The notes beneath the pieces were generated by a model. It worked only from the letters and a program-made list of their open reading frames with translations. It searched no databases and was not told the DNA's origin. The position numbers and the translations under genes are program-made. A stretch of DNA of 18,358 nucleotides from Planctomycetota bacterium (GTDB lineage Bacteria; Planctomycetota; UBA1135): contig JASFYO010000044.1 in the NCBI GenBank assembly GCA_045047305.1, positions 1 to 18,358 of the forward strand, read 5' to 3'. Positions 7,310 through 16,023 of the stretch are shown one piece after another; position 1 is the stretch's first letter; each line of letters starts with the position of its first letter.

Positions 7310-8647
7310 ATGTACGCCAAGAGTCAAAAAATTGCCTGGGCCTTTTTCGCAGCCTGTATGGCACTGTTCTCCCTACAGCTAGTTTACGGTTTCATCCTTG
7401 GATTCGACCGCATGGGCCTGGATGTCTTACATGAGTGGGTTCCCTTCAACACCGCACGCGCGACACACACCAACTTACTTGTTGTATGGATGCTAGCCGG
7501 CTTTATGGGATCTGCTTACTACATTATTCCGCGTGAAAGCGGGCGAGAAATCTGGAGTCCAAAACTTGCTTGGATTCAATGGGCTTCCCTTCTGTTGGTC
7601 GCTGTGACTGCCGTCATCGGTTATCACTTCAACTATTGGGAAGGACGTAAGTTCCTCGAGATCCCTCGCCCCTTAGATTACCTTGTGGTAATTAACGTGC
7701 TGACTTTCCTATTCAATTTGTTGATGACGATTTGGACTGGAAAAACCAAGAGCACGACCGCAATGGTGCTGTTCTTTGGCTTGTTGATGGCTGCGTTGCT
7801 GTACCTACCTGGCATGTACACCTTCGACAACATCGTCCACGATTCCTACTTCCGTTGGTGGGTAGTTCACCTCTGGGTCGAAGGCGTTTGGGAACTAATC
7901 ATGGGCGCGATTCTATCGTTCTTGTTAATCAAGCTAACCGGCGTCGACCGCGAAGTCATTGAAAAGTGGCTGTACGTCATTGTTGGTTTCACTTTCCTCT
8001 CTGGCATCCTCGGAACGGGACACCACTACTACTTCACCGGAGCTCCTGGCTACTGGTTAATGGTCGGTGGCATCTTCTCCGCACTCGAACCTTTGGCATT
8101 CCTCGGCATGGCCCTCTATGCCATTGCTATGGCCCGACGCGGTGGACGTAATCATCCGAACAGAATCGCCTTACTGTGGACCTTAGGTTGTGCAGTGATG
8201 AGTTTCGTCGGCGCTGGATTCCTTGGCTTTGCACACACACTGCCTTCGGTCAACATTTGGACGCACGGCACGCTAGTCACTGCAATGCATGCACACATGG
8301 CTTTCTGGGGTGCATACGCAATGTTGATTTTGGCGATGATTACTTACGTGCTGCCGGAGATGACAGGCCGTAAGTTGTACAAGGGCTGGATCCCTGAATG
8401 GGCTTTCTGGCTTAGCAACGTAGGCATGATCGGAATGACTGGCGCATTCGCCGTGATGGGCATTGCGCAGGTCTACATGGAACGCAAATCTGGAATGGAC
8501 TTCTTAGAAGTTCAGGAAAGCCTCGAGGTCCACGCTCTTGGATTGGTGCTCGCTGCAGGTCTCTTGACCTTGGGCATCGTTCTGTTCATCAAAAACTTCA
8601 TCGCCTACGGCATGCCGCAGGATGATGCACCTGGAGCAGAGGGTTAA
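7310..8647 (+). CDS. norB: Nitric oxide reductase catalytic subunit NorB (cNor)
   Basis: ARATHTNLL, WWVVHLWVEGVWEL, GTGHHY, SALEP and HAHMAFWG motifs. 445-aa polytopic membrane protein lacking the qNor N-terminal extension. Confidence 0.96.
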   Translation: MYAKSQKIAWAFFAACMALFSLQLVYGFILGFDRMGLDVLHEWVPFNTARATHTNLLVVWMLAGFMGSAYYIIPRESGREIWSPKLAWIQWASLLLVAVTAVIGYHFNYWEGRKFLEIPRPLDYLVVINVLTFLFNLLMTIWTGKTKSTTAMVLFFGLLMAALLYLPGMYTFDNIVHDSYFRWWVVHLWVEGVWELIMGAILSFLLIKLTGVDREVIEKWLYVIVGFTFLSGILGTGHHYYFTGAPGYWLMVGGIFSALEPLAFLGMALYAIAMARRGGRNHPNRIALLWTLGCAVMSFVGAGFLGFAHTLPSVNIWTHGTLVTAMHAHMAFWGAYAMLILAMITYVLPEMTGRKLYKGWIPEWAFWLSNVGMIGMTGAFAVMGIAQVYMERKSGMDFLEVQESLEVHALGLVLAAGLLTLGIVLFIKNFIAYGMPQDDAPGAEG

Positions 8648-8649
8648 TC

Positions 8650-9459
8650 ATGCAAGGGACCGACTCTAAAAAGGTTACTTCTCAAGGGTTGGTCCCTTTC
8701 TACCAGCCGGTGGGTCAGGAAACAGATTTGTTCCTGCATTGCTGGCAACAACAACTCCCACTCATGCTGAAGGGGCCGACGGGGTGTGGGAAGTCACGCT
8801 TTGTCGAGCATATGGCAGCCCAACTCGGTCGCCCCCTCATCTCTGTTGCTTGCCACGACGACACCAGCGCCTCTGATTTACTTGGACGTTGGCTAGTACG
8901 TGGCGGCGACACCGTTTGGCAAGATGGCCCCGCCACCCGAGCAGTCCGCGAAGGCGCCATCCTTTATTTAGATGAGATCGCCGAAGCGCGCCCCGATGTG
9001 GTGGTTGCGATTCACCCACTCACTGATCACCGGCGTCGCCTTTTCCTAGAGCGCCACGCTGAGGAACTCCAAGCCAGCGACGACTTTATGTTGGTCGTCT
9101 CCTTCAATCCGGGTTATCAAAAAGGATGGAAGGAACTGAAGCCATCGACGCGCCAGCGCTTTGTGGCAGTAAGCTTTGACTACCCACCTTCCGACTTGGA
9201 AATCCGCATCCTCATTGGAGAAACCCAATGCGAAATGGATTTGGCCAAACGCTTGGTCAAGCTCGCCGGAAAACTACGTGGTCTTGAAGAACTAGGCCTT
9301 GCCGAAAAAGCTTCGACTCGACTGTTGATCGATGCAGCCCGCCTGATCATGGCAGGCATGCCGCCGCGGATTGCGTGCGTGGCAGCAATCTGCGAACCCC
9401 TGTCCGACGAAAAGGACATCCTCGAAGCTCTTCAAGAAGTCGTTTCTCTCGCCTTCTAG
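8650..9459 (+). CDS. norQ: MoxR-type AAA+ ATPase NorQ
   Basis: Walker A GPTGCGKS, VACHDDTSASDLLGRW, WQDGP, Walker B YLDEI, FNPGYQ and LKPSTRQRF. Confidence 0.95.
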   Translation: MQGTDSKKVTSQGLVPFYQPVGQETDLFLHCWQQQLPLMLKGPTGCGKSRFVEHMAAQLGRPLISVACHDDTSASDLLGRWLVRGGDTVWQDGPATRAVREGAILYLDEIAEARPDVVVAIHPLTDHRRRLFLERHAEELQASDDFMLVVSFNPGYQKGWKELKPSTRQRFVAVSFDYPPSDLEIRILIGETQCEMDLAKRLVKLAGKLRGLEELGLAEKASTRLLIDAARLIMAGMPPRIACVAAICEPLSDEKDILEALQEVVSLAF

Positions 9460-9463
9460 ATTC

Positions 9464-11374
9464 ATGCACCAGCGTCAAGCACCACCCGAACTGCACCTCG
9501 ACTTTGCCGAGGAGTTCTTTGGTGCGTTCTGGAATCGCTTCCGCAAACGCGACCGCCTGCGTTACGCCGATACCGCTGCGCACTTTGATTCCATGAGTGG
9601 ATCGCTCAGCGCCGTCGCTCAAGCATTCGCCGGACGCCATGTGATGGTGCGCTGCGCTGAGGCATCTGGCGGCTTACAAAAGCATGTCATCCTTCTGCCA
9701 CGCGTGATTGCGCTCTCACCCGAGGTGAAGCTCAACCGAGAATTTATTTTTGCACGCGCCGCACTTGCAGGAGCAATGGTCGCTAAGCAAGACCAGAGCT
9801 CATTAGAGAAAAAGTGTAATCCACTGGAGGCCGAAATCGATTTCCTCGACCTTGCAGTCAGTACGGCCCGCGCGCTCAGCTTCGAACATCAAGGATTCCA
9901 CGAGCGCATGCGCAAATCGGCAGAACTGGAATTGTCGAACCGTCCTGAACCGCATGCACTACGCGGGCGGGCCAGGGCCTATGAAGAACTGCGCCAATCC
10001 GCATTACATGCCTTGTGCAGCGACCTTTGGGCGGGGCTTCCACAAGGTTTCGTGGAAGAGGCAAGCAAACTTCCCTCCAAAGGCATTGCCTCTCCACCAG
10101 TGCTGCTGTTTGGCGGTGTGCTGTCTCCTTCAGAGCAAACTGCGGTGCAGGAAATCATCGCGGAAGAAGAGACGCCAGGAGGTATTCATACCGACTCTAC
10201 CGAGGTGCAGGCTCCGCTGAAGGATTACGTGGAGCGCATATTGTTGGAGGGCGATCAGGAGTACAAGGATGCAATGCCAGAGCATGCATTCGAAAAAGTA
10301 TCCTTCGCTGAAAAGTATGAGGGCGGCTATCGCAGACTCGACGGCGAAGACGATATGGATGAACAACAGCAATCGCTTGATTCCGTAGACTTACGCGAGC
10401 TCATTCGGGGTGGACCGGAAGTACACAGTATCTATCAAGCTGATATAGGCGATGCCGAGGGCATTCCCGACGTCGCGCATGTGAAGGCCGGAGAGCGCGG
10501 TATCCTTTATCCCGAGTGGGACCTAAAGGCTCGACGTTACCGCGAAAACTGGGTCACGGTTTATCCGACACCACTCCCCGGGGCTGACATCGATGCGGCG
10601 CAAGAATTGCGCACGCGTTTAGCCTCGACGGTCCGGGTTTGTTTGCGTCGCTTAGAGCGACAGCGCACCGAACGTCGTAGCCTTAACCGACAACTCGATG
10701 GGCAAGAAATCGATATCGAAGCCGTGGTTGAAGATCATGCAGCCTTGCGTTCGGGGCGCACGCCAAGTGGCCGCATTTACCAGCACACGCCACGTTTGGA
10801 TCGCGATATTGCCACCACGGTATTATTGGATCTCAGCCTTTCTGCAGATAGTTGGGTTAGTAATCGACGCGTGCTAGAGGTAGAGCAAGAAGCAGCTTTC
10901 GTCCTGGGTGAAGTTGCGGAAAAAATGGGCGACTCCCTACAAATCTTAGCCTATGCCTCCAACACACGTAATCTGTGTCGCATCTGGGAGATTAAGGGGT
11001 GGGATGACTCCTGGCAGCGCGGAAGTGCACGGTTGGGATTACTCAAGCCTCAAGGCTACACTCGAATCGGACCTGCGATTCGTCACGGTTGCAAGCAACT
11101 CGAACAGCATAGGGCCAAACATAAACATCTCATTCTCATTACCGACGCGAAACCGACCGACTTCGATCGTTACGAAGGCGAGTACGGAATCCACGATGTA
11201 CGCCAAGCTGTACGCGAAGCATCTACCAATGAGATCAACGTCCATGCCTTGGGCATCGACCCGAAATGTGCAGGTATTCTCCCTGTCATGTTCGGCGTCC
11301 GAGGATGGCGTTTACTACCCCACCTGGCTGATCTGCCAGAAACTCTCATTGCCACTTACGGCAATTTCTGTTGA
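9464..11374 (+). CDS. norD: Nitric oxide reductase activation protein NorD (VWA domain)
   Basis: YPEWD...Y, DGQEIDIEAVV, MIDAS LLDLSLS, GYTRIGPAIRH and ITDAKPTDFDRYEGEYGIHD. Start placed at ATG 9464, 4 nt after the norQ stop. Confidence 0.92.
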   Translation: MHQRQAPPELHLDFAEEFFGAFWNRFRKRDRLRYADTAAHFDSMSGSLSAVAQAFAGRHVMVRCAEASGGLQKHVILLPRVIALSPEVKLNREFIFARAALAGAMVAKQDQSSLEKKCNPLEAEIDFLDLAVSTARALSFEHQGFHERMRKSAELELSNRPEPHALRGRARAYEELRQSALHALCSDLWAGLPQGFVEEASKLPSKGIASPPVLLFGGVLSPSEQTAVQEIIAEEETPGGIHTDSTEVQAPLKDYVERILLEGDQEYKDAMPEHAFEKVSFAEKYEGGYRRLDGEDDMDEQQQSLDSVDLRELIRGGPEVHSIYQADIGDAEGIPDVAHVKAGERGILYPEWDLKARRYRENWVTVYPTPLPGADIDAAQELRTRLASTVRVCLRRLERQRTERRSLNRQLDGQEIDIEAVVEDHAALRSGRTPSGRIYQHTPRLDRDIATTVLLDLSLSADSWVSNRRVLEVEQEAAFVLGEVAEKMGDSLQILAYASNTRNLCRIWEIKGWDDSWQRGSARLGLLKPQGYTRIGPAIRHGCKQLEQHRAKHKHLILITDAKPTDFDRYEGEYGIHDVRQAVREASTNEINVHALGIDPKCAGILPVMFGVRGWRLLPHLADLPETLIATYGNFC

Positions 11375-11395
11375 AACCCAATCAACCTCACAGTC

Positions 11396-12856
11396 ATGTT
11401 ACTGTCCGCACTCATTAGTCTGGCTCTAGCGAGCCAAGTCACCGCACCAACCGTGGTTATCGAAACCGCACCCGGTGTCATCAACGTAAACGGAACGACC
11501 TTCTCTTCCGAGTTTGGTCCCATCATTGGTGAAGAAGATGCCATCTTGACTTCTCCTCCTTTCGTTCCAGCGCCAATCACTCGTGACTATGCAACCAAGC
11601 TCATTGTGAACTTGGAAGTCAAAGAGTTCATCGGAGAAATCGCCGACGGCGTCGATTACACCTTTTGGACGTTTGGCGGCACCGTCCCAGGAAGCTTCAT
11701 TCGCACCCGAGTAGGCGATGTGGTTGAGTTCCATCTCAACAATAACCCGGCAAATAAAATGCCACACAACATTGACCTTCACGCAGTCACTGGTGCTGGT
11801 GGTGGAGCGGCTTCGTCCTTTACTGCACCAGGACACTCCTCCCAATTCTCATTCCAAGTCACCACCCCTGGCCTCTTCGTTTACCACTGCGCCACTGCTC
11901 CAGTAGGCATGCACATTGCGAACGGCATGTACGGTTTGATCCTAGTCGAGCCATCCAAAGGTTTGCCAGTGGTTGACAAGGAGTACTACATCATGCAAGG
12001 CGACTTCTACACCGAAGGCGCTTATGGCGAACCGGGACTCCAGCCCTTCTCCATGGCAAAGGCGCTACATGAAGATGCCGACTATGTCCTGTTCAACGGA
12101 AAAGTTGGATCCCTGGTTGGCGATAAAGCCATCACCGCAGAAGTTGGCGACAGCATTCGCCTTTTCGTCGGAAACGGCGGTCCCAATCTAGTCAGCTCCT
12201 TCCACGTCATCGGGGAAGTTTTTGACACCCTTTACCAAGAAGGCGGAACCCTCGCAAACCACAACGTGCAGACAACCCTAGTTCCTGCCGGTGGTGCAAC
12301 CGTCGCTGAATTTCGGGTAGAGGTTCCTGGAACCTTCATCATTGTGGACCACAGCATCTTCCGCACCTTTAACAAAGGCGCTTTAGGCATGCTGAAAGTC
12401 ACTGGTGAGAACAACCCCATGGTTTACTCTGGCAAGCAAGACGACCGCGTTTATCAAGGTGAGGGCGGTGCTGTCCAAAGCATTCCTTCCAAGAAAGCTG
12501 TGCCCACTCCTTTGAAACGCACGATGGAAGAGCGCATGTCCATGGGGCAGCGCGTTTTCACCGCCAACTGCGCAGCATGTCACCAAAGTAACGGCCAAGG
12601 TATTGCAGGCGCATTCCCACCGCTTGCAAAGTCTGACTTCCTCATGGCCGACACCGACCGTGCCCTCGGCATTATGCTGAATGGCTTGTCCGGCAAGATC
12701 ACTGTCAACGGCATCAATTACAACGGAGTCATGCCTAAAATGGTTTTGAGTGACGATGACATCGCTAACGTCTTGACTTACATCCGCAACAGCTGGGGTA
12801 ACAAGGGCGACATCATCAACCTTGACCGGGTCCAGGCTGTAAAAGCCGGTCACTAG
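11396..12856 (+). CDS. nirK: Copper nitrite reductase (AniA/class II type) with C-terminal cytochrome c fusion
   Basis: Copper-site motifs [36 protein letters not shown] and VDHSIFR. C-terminal CAACH (12569-12583), FPPLA, GVMP and TYIRNSWGN. Sec-type signal peptide. Confidence 0.96.
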   Translation: MLLSALISLALASQVTAPTVVIETAPGVINVNGTTFSSEFGPIIGEEDAILTSPPFVPAPITRDYATKLIVNLEVKEFIGEIADGVDYTFWTFGGTVPGSFIRTRVGDVVEFHLNNNPANKMPHNIDLHAVTGAGGGAASSFTAPGHSSQFSFQVTTPGLFVYHCATAPVGMHIANGMYGLILVEPSKGLPVVDKEYYIMQGDFYTEGAYGEPGLQPFSMAKALHEDADYVLFNGKVGSLVGDKAITAEVGDSIRLFVGNGGPNLVSSFHVIGEVFDTLYQEGGTLANHNVQTTLVPAGGATVAEFRVEVPGTFIIVDHSIFRTFNKGALGMLKVTGENNPMVYSGKQDDRVYQGEGGAVQSIPSKKAVPTPLKRTMEERMSMGQRVFTANCAACHQSNGQGIAGAFPPLAKSDFLMADTDRALGIMLNGLSGKITVNGINYNGVMPKMVLSDDDIANVLTYIRNSWGNKGDIINLDRVQAVKAGH

Positions 12857-12864
12857 TCTTAAAC

Positions 12865-13701
12865 ATGAGTTCACGCTTCCTCTTCTTTGCTTCGGCACTC
12901 TTGTTCAGCTTCGGCTGCGTCGCTCCTGAAACTATGGGGTCAGAGGTGAAAATGCAAAGTCAAGAAGAAGCGTCGACTCCTACCTTGACCCGGTTGGTTT
13001 TGATTCCGGCCGGGACTTACACCCCGCTCTACCCCGGAAAGGGTGAGCCAAAATCTCGTCCGCGTCACGCTTTCTTGATGGAAGTCCACGCCGTCACCAA
13101 CAGCCAATTTCTTGAGTTTGTACGCCATAACCCGAAATGGCGCCGCTCCCAAATTTCCCCATTAATGGCCGATGAGAGCTACTTACGGCAATGGGAATCT
13201 GATTTAAGCATTCCACCAAACTCAGCAAATTCGCCGGTGACAAATGTCACTTGGTTCTCTGCACGTGCTTATGCCAAGTGGATTGGTCGACGCCTACCAA
13301 CACTCGCAGAATGGGAATCGGTTGGCATGGCCAGTGCAACCGCTGCTAACGGCCGCGATGAAAAAGGCTACAACCAGCGCATCTTGAATTGGTACGCACG
13401 GCCAACTCCAGACATCCCTGAACCTGTCGGTGTGTCCCCGCCGAACTACTATGGCGTGCAAGACATGCACGGCTTAATTTGGGAATGGATTGAAGACTTT
13501 AATAATTCCCTCAGCAATGGCGAGTCGCGCGGCGACTCCGGCTTGGATCGCAATCTGTTTTGCGGTGCTGCCGCCATTGGCGCAGCAGACCCCTCTGACT
13601 ACGCCGCATTCATGCGCTTCGCATTCCGCGGCAGTTTAGAAGGCCGCTTTACCGTCAACAATCTCGGCTTCCGTTGCGCTGCCAATGTGCCAGCTCCATA
13701 G
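12865..13701 (+). CDS. nirV: Formylglycine-generating enzyme (FGE-sulfatase) family protein, NirV-like; probable lipoprotein
   Basis: VTNSQF, PVTNVTW, RRLPTLAEWE, DMHGLIWEW, FCGAAA and NLGFRCA motifs. Lies directly after nirK. Lipobox-like FSFGC. Confidence 0.8.
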   Translation: MSSRFLFFASALLFSFGCVAPETMGSEVKMQSQEEASTPTLTRLVLIPAGTYTPLYPGKGEPKSRPRHAFLMEVHAVTNSQFLEFVRHNPKWRRSQISPLMADESYLRQWESDLSIPPNSANSPVTNVTWFSARAYAKWIGRRLPTLAEWESVGMASATAANGRDEKGYNQRILNWYARPTPDIPEPVGVSPPNYYGVQDMHGLIWEWIEDFNNSLSNGESRGDSGLDRNLFCGAAAIGAADPSDYAAFMRFAFRGSLEGRFTVNNLGFRCAANVPAP

Positions 13702-13712
13702 CTGCATTCATC

Positions 13713-14336
13713 ATGGACCTTCGCTTCCTCACCCTTACCACGCTCCTTCTAGTTGGCTCTTGCGTAAGCCCGGCCATCCAAGAAGAAGAATCCTGCTGTG
13801 CCGAGAAACCTGAAATGGTGTCCTCCGCCACCGCACTCCCATCGACTTCGCTTTACCAACTAGATGCTAAATGGGTTGATCAAAATTCTACGCAGCGGAC
13901 ACTCGCTGATTTCCGTGGTGAAGTCGTCGTCACGGCCATGATTTTCACGCACTGCCAATATGCATGCCCCCTGATTTTGCAAGACATGCGCAATATCGAG
14001 GCGCAGATTCCAGCCGCAAAGCGAGATGACATTCGCTGGCTCTTAGTTTCGATGGATTCCGATCGCGATACGCCCGAGGTGCTTGCCGAATACGCCGCCA
14101 AGAACAAACTCGATACCGCGCGCTGGACTCTATTACATGGAGACGCCTACGCCGTACGCACCATCGCTGCCGTCCTGGGCGTTAACTACATTAAGGACTC
14201 ACACGGCAACTTCTCGCACTCCAACCTCATCTCGGTGCTGAACCGCGATGGCAGCCTGGCCTACCAATTGGAAGGCCTCAATGCCAAGGCCGACGACTGC
14301 GTAAAGGCCATCATGAAGGCCACCGACGCCAACTAA
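13713..14336 (+). CDS. SCO1/SenC family copper chaperone lipoprotein
   Basis: FTHCQYACP (CxxxC), SMDSDRDTP and FSHSN (His ligand). Lipobox LLVGSC. Start placed at ATG 13713. Confidence 0.92.
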   Translation: MDLRFLTLTTLLLVGSCVSPAIQEEESCCAEKPEMVSSATALPSTSLYQLDAKWVDQNSTQRTLADFRGEVVVTAMIFTHCQYACPLILQDMRNIEAQIPAAKRDDIRWLLVSMDSDRDTPEVLAEYAAKNKLDTARWTLLHGDAYAVRTIAAVLGVNYIKDSHGNFSHSNLISVLNRDGSLAYQLEGLNAKADDCVKAIMKATDAN

Positions 14337-14343
14337 AATCCAC

Positions 14344-14913
14344 ATGTCACCAAGCAAAACCTATCGCCCCCTTCCCGGCGATGCTGCTTGGTGGCTTTTT
14401 CTAGGCGCCGAGTTTGCCACCCTCAGCATTTTCTTTGTCGCCTTTGCTTGGTCCAAAGCAGGCGACCCGGAAGTTTTCCTTGCTGGACAAAAGCTTCTCC
14501 ACCCCGAGGTCGGCTTCCTCAACACCCTGGTCCTCATCACTAGTGGCTTCTTTGCTGCCCGTGGAGTCCAAGCGCTACACACCAAACGTTATGAAATATG
14601 CTCCCACTGGTATGCGGCAGCGGCAACCCTGGGCGTACTCTTTCTAGGCATCAAATCCTGGGAATACGCAGAAAAGCTGAGCGCCGGCATCAACCTCAGC
14701 ACCAGCAACTTTTTCTTCTTCTACTTCTTCCTCACCGGATTTCATTATCTACATGTCATGCTCGGAGTTGGCTTTCTCAGCATCATGGCGTGGAAGTTGA
14801 AGCGTAAAGAAATCACCGCAAACACCCTGCGCAATGTGGAATCCAGTGCCGCCTTTTGGCACATGCTAGATTTGGTTTGGGTCATCCTCTTCCCTTTGCT
14901 TTATCTAGCATGA
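14344..14913 (+). CDS. norE: NorE, cytochrome c oxidase subunit III-like protein
   Basis: LPGDAAWWLFLGAE, NTLVLITSG, FLGIKSWEY, YFFLTGFHYLHV and FWHMLDLVWVILFPLLYL motifs, within a nor cluster. Confidence 0.88.
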   Translation: MSPSKTYRPLPGDAAWWLFLGAEFATLSIFFVAFAWSKAGDPEVFLAGQKLLHPEVGFLNTLVLITSGFFAARGVQALHTKRYEICSHWYAAAATLGVLFLGIKSWEYAEKLSAGINLSTSNFFFFYFFLTGFHYLHVMLGVGFLSIMAWKLKRKEITANTLRNVESSAAFWHMLDLVWVILFPLLYLA

Positions 14914-15158
14914 GCATCCGCGCCATTAACACCACCTGGCTTGCTCTCATGCTGCTGACGTCGGCCAGTTACTACTTCGCGGAATTCGATGGTGCCACGC
15001 CATGGTTTTTGCCACTTTTTGCGATTGCCGCGATCAAACTTGGCTTCATCCAAACCGTATTCATGGAGCTCTTCGGTTGCCGTCCACTCTTTCTACGCAT
15101 CGCGCTTGCCTTCGACATCTTGCTCATCAGCCTCATCGCGCTACCGTTTTTTCTTTAA
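14910..15158 (+). CDS. norF: NorF-like small membrane protein (cytochrome c oxidase subunit IV family)
   Basis: ATGA overlap with the norE stop. 82 aa with TWLALMLLT...AIKLGFIQTVFMEL, the COX4_pro/NorF K-x-FMEL pattern. Confidence 0.72.
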   Translation: MSIRAINTTWLALMLLTSASYYFAEFDGATPWFLPLFAIAAIKLGFIQTVFMELFGCRPLFLRIALAFDILLISLIALPFFL

Positions 15159-15178
15159 ACGCCAAGACGTGCTCTAGC

Positions 15179-16003
15179 CTAACTCAACACGCTAAGCAGG
15201 GCGGCTTGCAAAACGTCGGCGGCCATTTCGGCATGGGCGGTCGCAGTCTCCAACACCTCTTCATGATTTGGGCGACTCCCACCGATGCCTGCCGCAAGAT
15301 TGGTCATCATCGAAATCGCCATCACTCGTGCCCCAGATGCTTTGGCTGCAATCGCCTCCGGGATAGTGCTCATGCCAACAGCATGGGCACCCAACTGACC
15401 AAGCATGCGCACCTCTGCTGGAGTTTCGTAGCACGGGCCAGACAGCCCAGCGTAGACTCCAGGCTGAAGCTCCGGCCGGCGCTTCAGCAATTCTGCTCTC
15501 CACTCCGGGTCATAAAGGTCAACCAAATCCATGAATTGAGCGCCCAGCCCGCAATTTTGTCCCTGCTGCAGAGGATTCGGCAGACTCATGTTGATGTGGT
15601 CAGAGAAAGGCATCAACGATCCAGCGGGACGGTCCTCCGATAAAGAGCCCGCTGCATTGAGCAGAAGTACATGCGAGGTACCCCAGCGCACCATGGTTCT
15701 GACCCCGCGCACCAATTCGGCTGCGCTATAGCCCTCATAGGAGTGCACGCGGCCGGAACACATGCCGATGCGGTGTGAGGTACCCTTCAAACGGCCCAAT
15801 ACGAGCTCACTGCCATGCCCTTGCACCTTCGGAGAAGGCCAATTATCTAACCCACGTAAGTCCACCACGTCCGTATCTTCAAGCAGCCCAGACGCGCGGT
15901 CCTTCCAACCGGAACCCAGAACCACGGCAACCTCCGGCGCATCTCCATGTTGCCGGTTCAAAATCTCAACCAAAGCATCGACCTTCGTGCACTCTTCGAA
16001 CAT
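15179..16003 (-). CDS. punA: Purine nucleoside phosphorylase, trimeric inosine/guanosine type
   Basis: VVLGSG, VQGHG, GRVHSYEGY, NAAGS, DHIN, GPCYETPAE, AVGMSTIPE and TNLAAG...NHEEVL motifs. Confidence 0.92.
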   Translation of the reverse strand: MFEECTKVDALVEILNRQHGDAPEVAVVLGSGWKDRASGLLEDTDVVDLRGLDNWPSPKVQGHGSELVLGRLKGTSHRIGMCSGRVHSYEGYSAAELVRGVRTMVRWGTSHVLLLNAAGSLSEDRPAGSLMPFSDHINMSLPNPLQQGQNCGLGAQFMDLVDLYDPEWRAELLKRRPELQPGVYAGLSGPCYETPAEVRMLGQLGAHAVGMSTIPEAIAAKASGARVMAISMMTNLAAGIGGSRPNHEEVLETATAHAEMAADVLQAALLSVLS

Positions 16004-16023
16004 CGGAACATCCTAGGACAACC

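Noticed and set aside
9371..9463. N-terminal extension of norD overlapping norQ, and similar extensions at 2341, 3985, 13674, 14856 and 15775
   Set aside because: These are longest-ORF artefacts. Downstream ATGs give canonical N-termini, signal peptides or stop-start coupling.
14334..14346. TAAAAT before norE as an internal leaderless promoter
   Set aside because: It is only 4 nt from the ATG and is formed by the sco stop codon, so the spacing does not fit.
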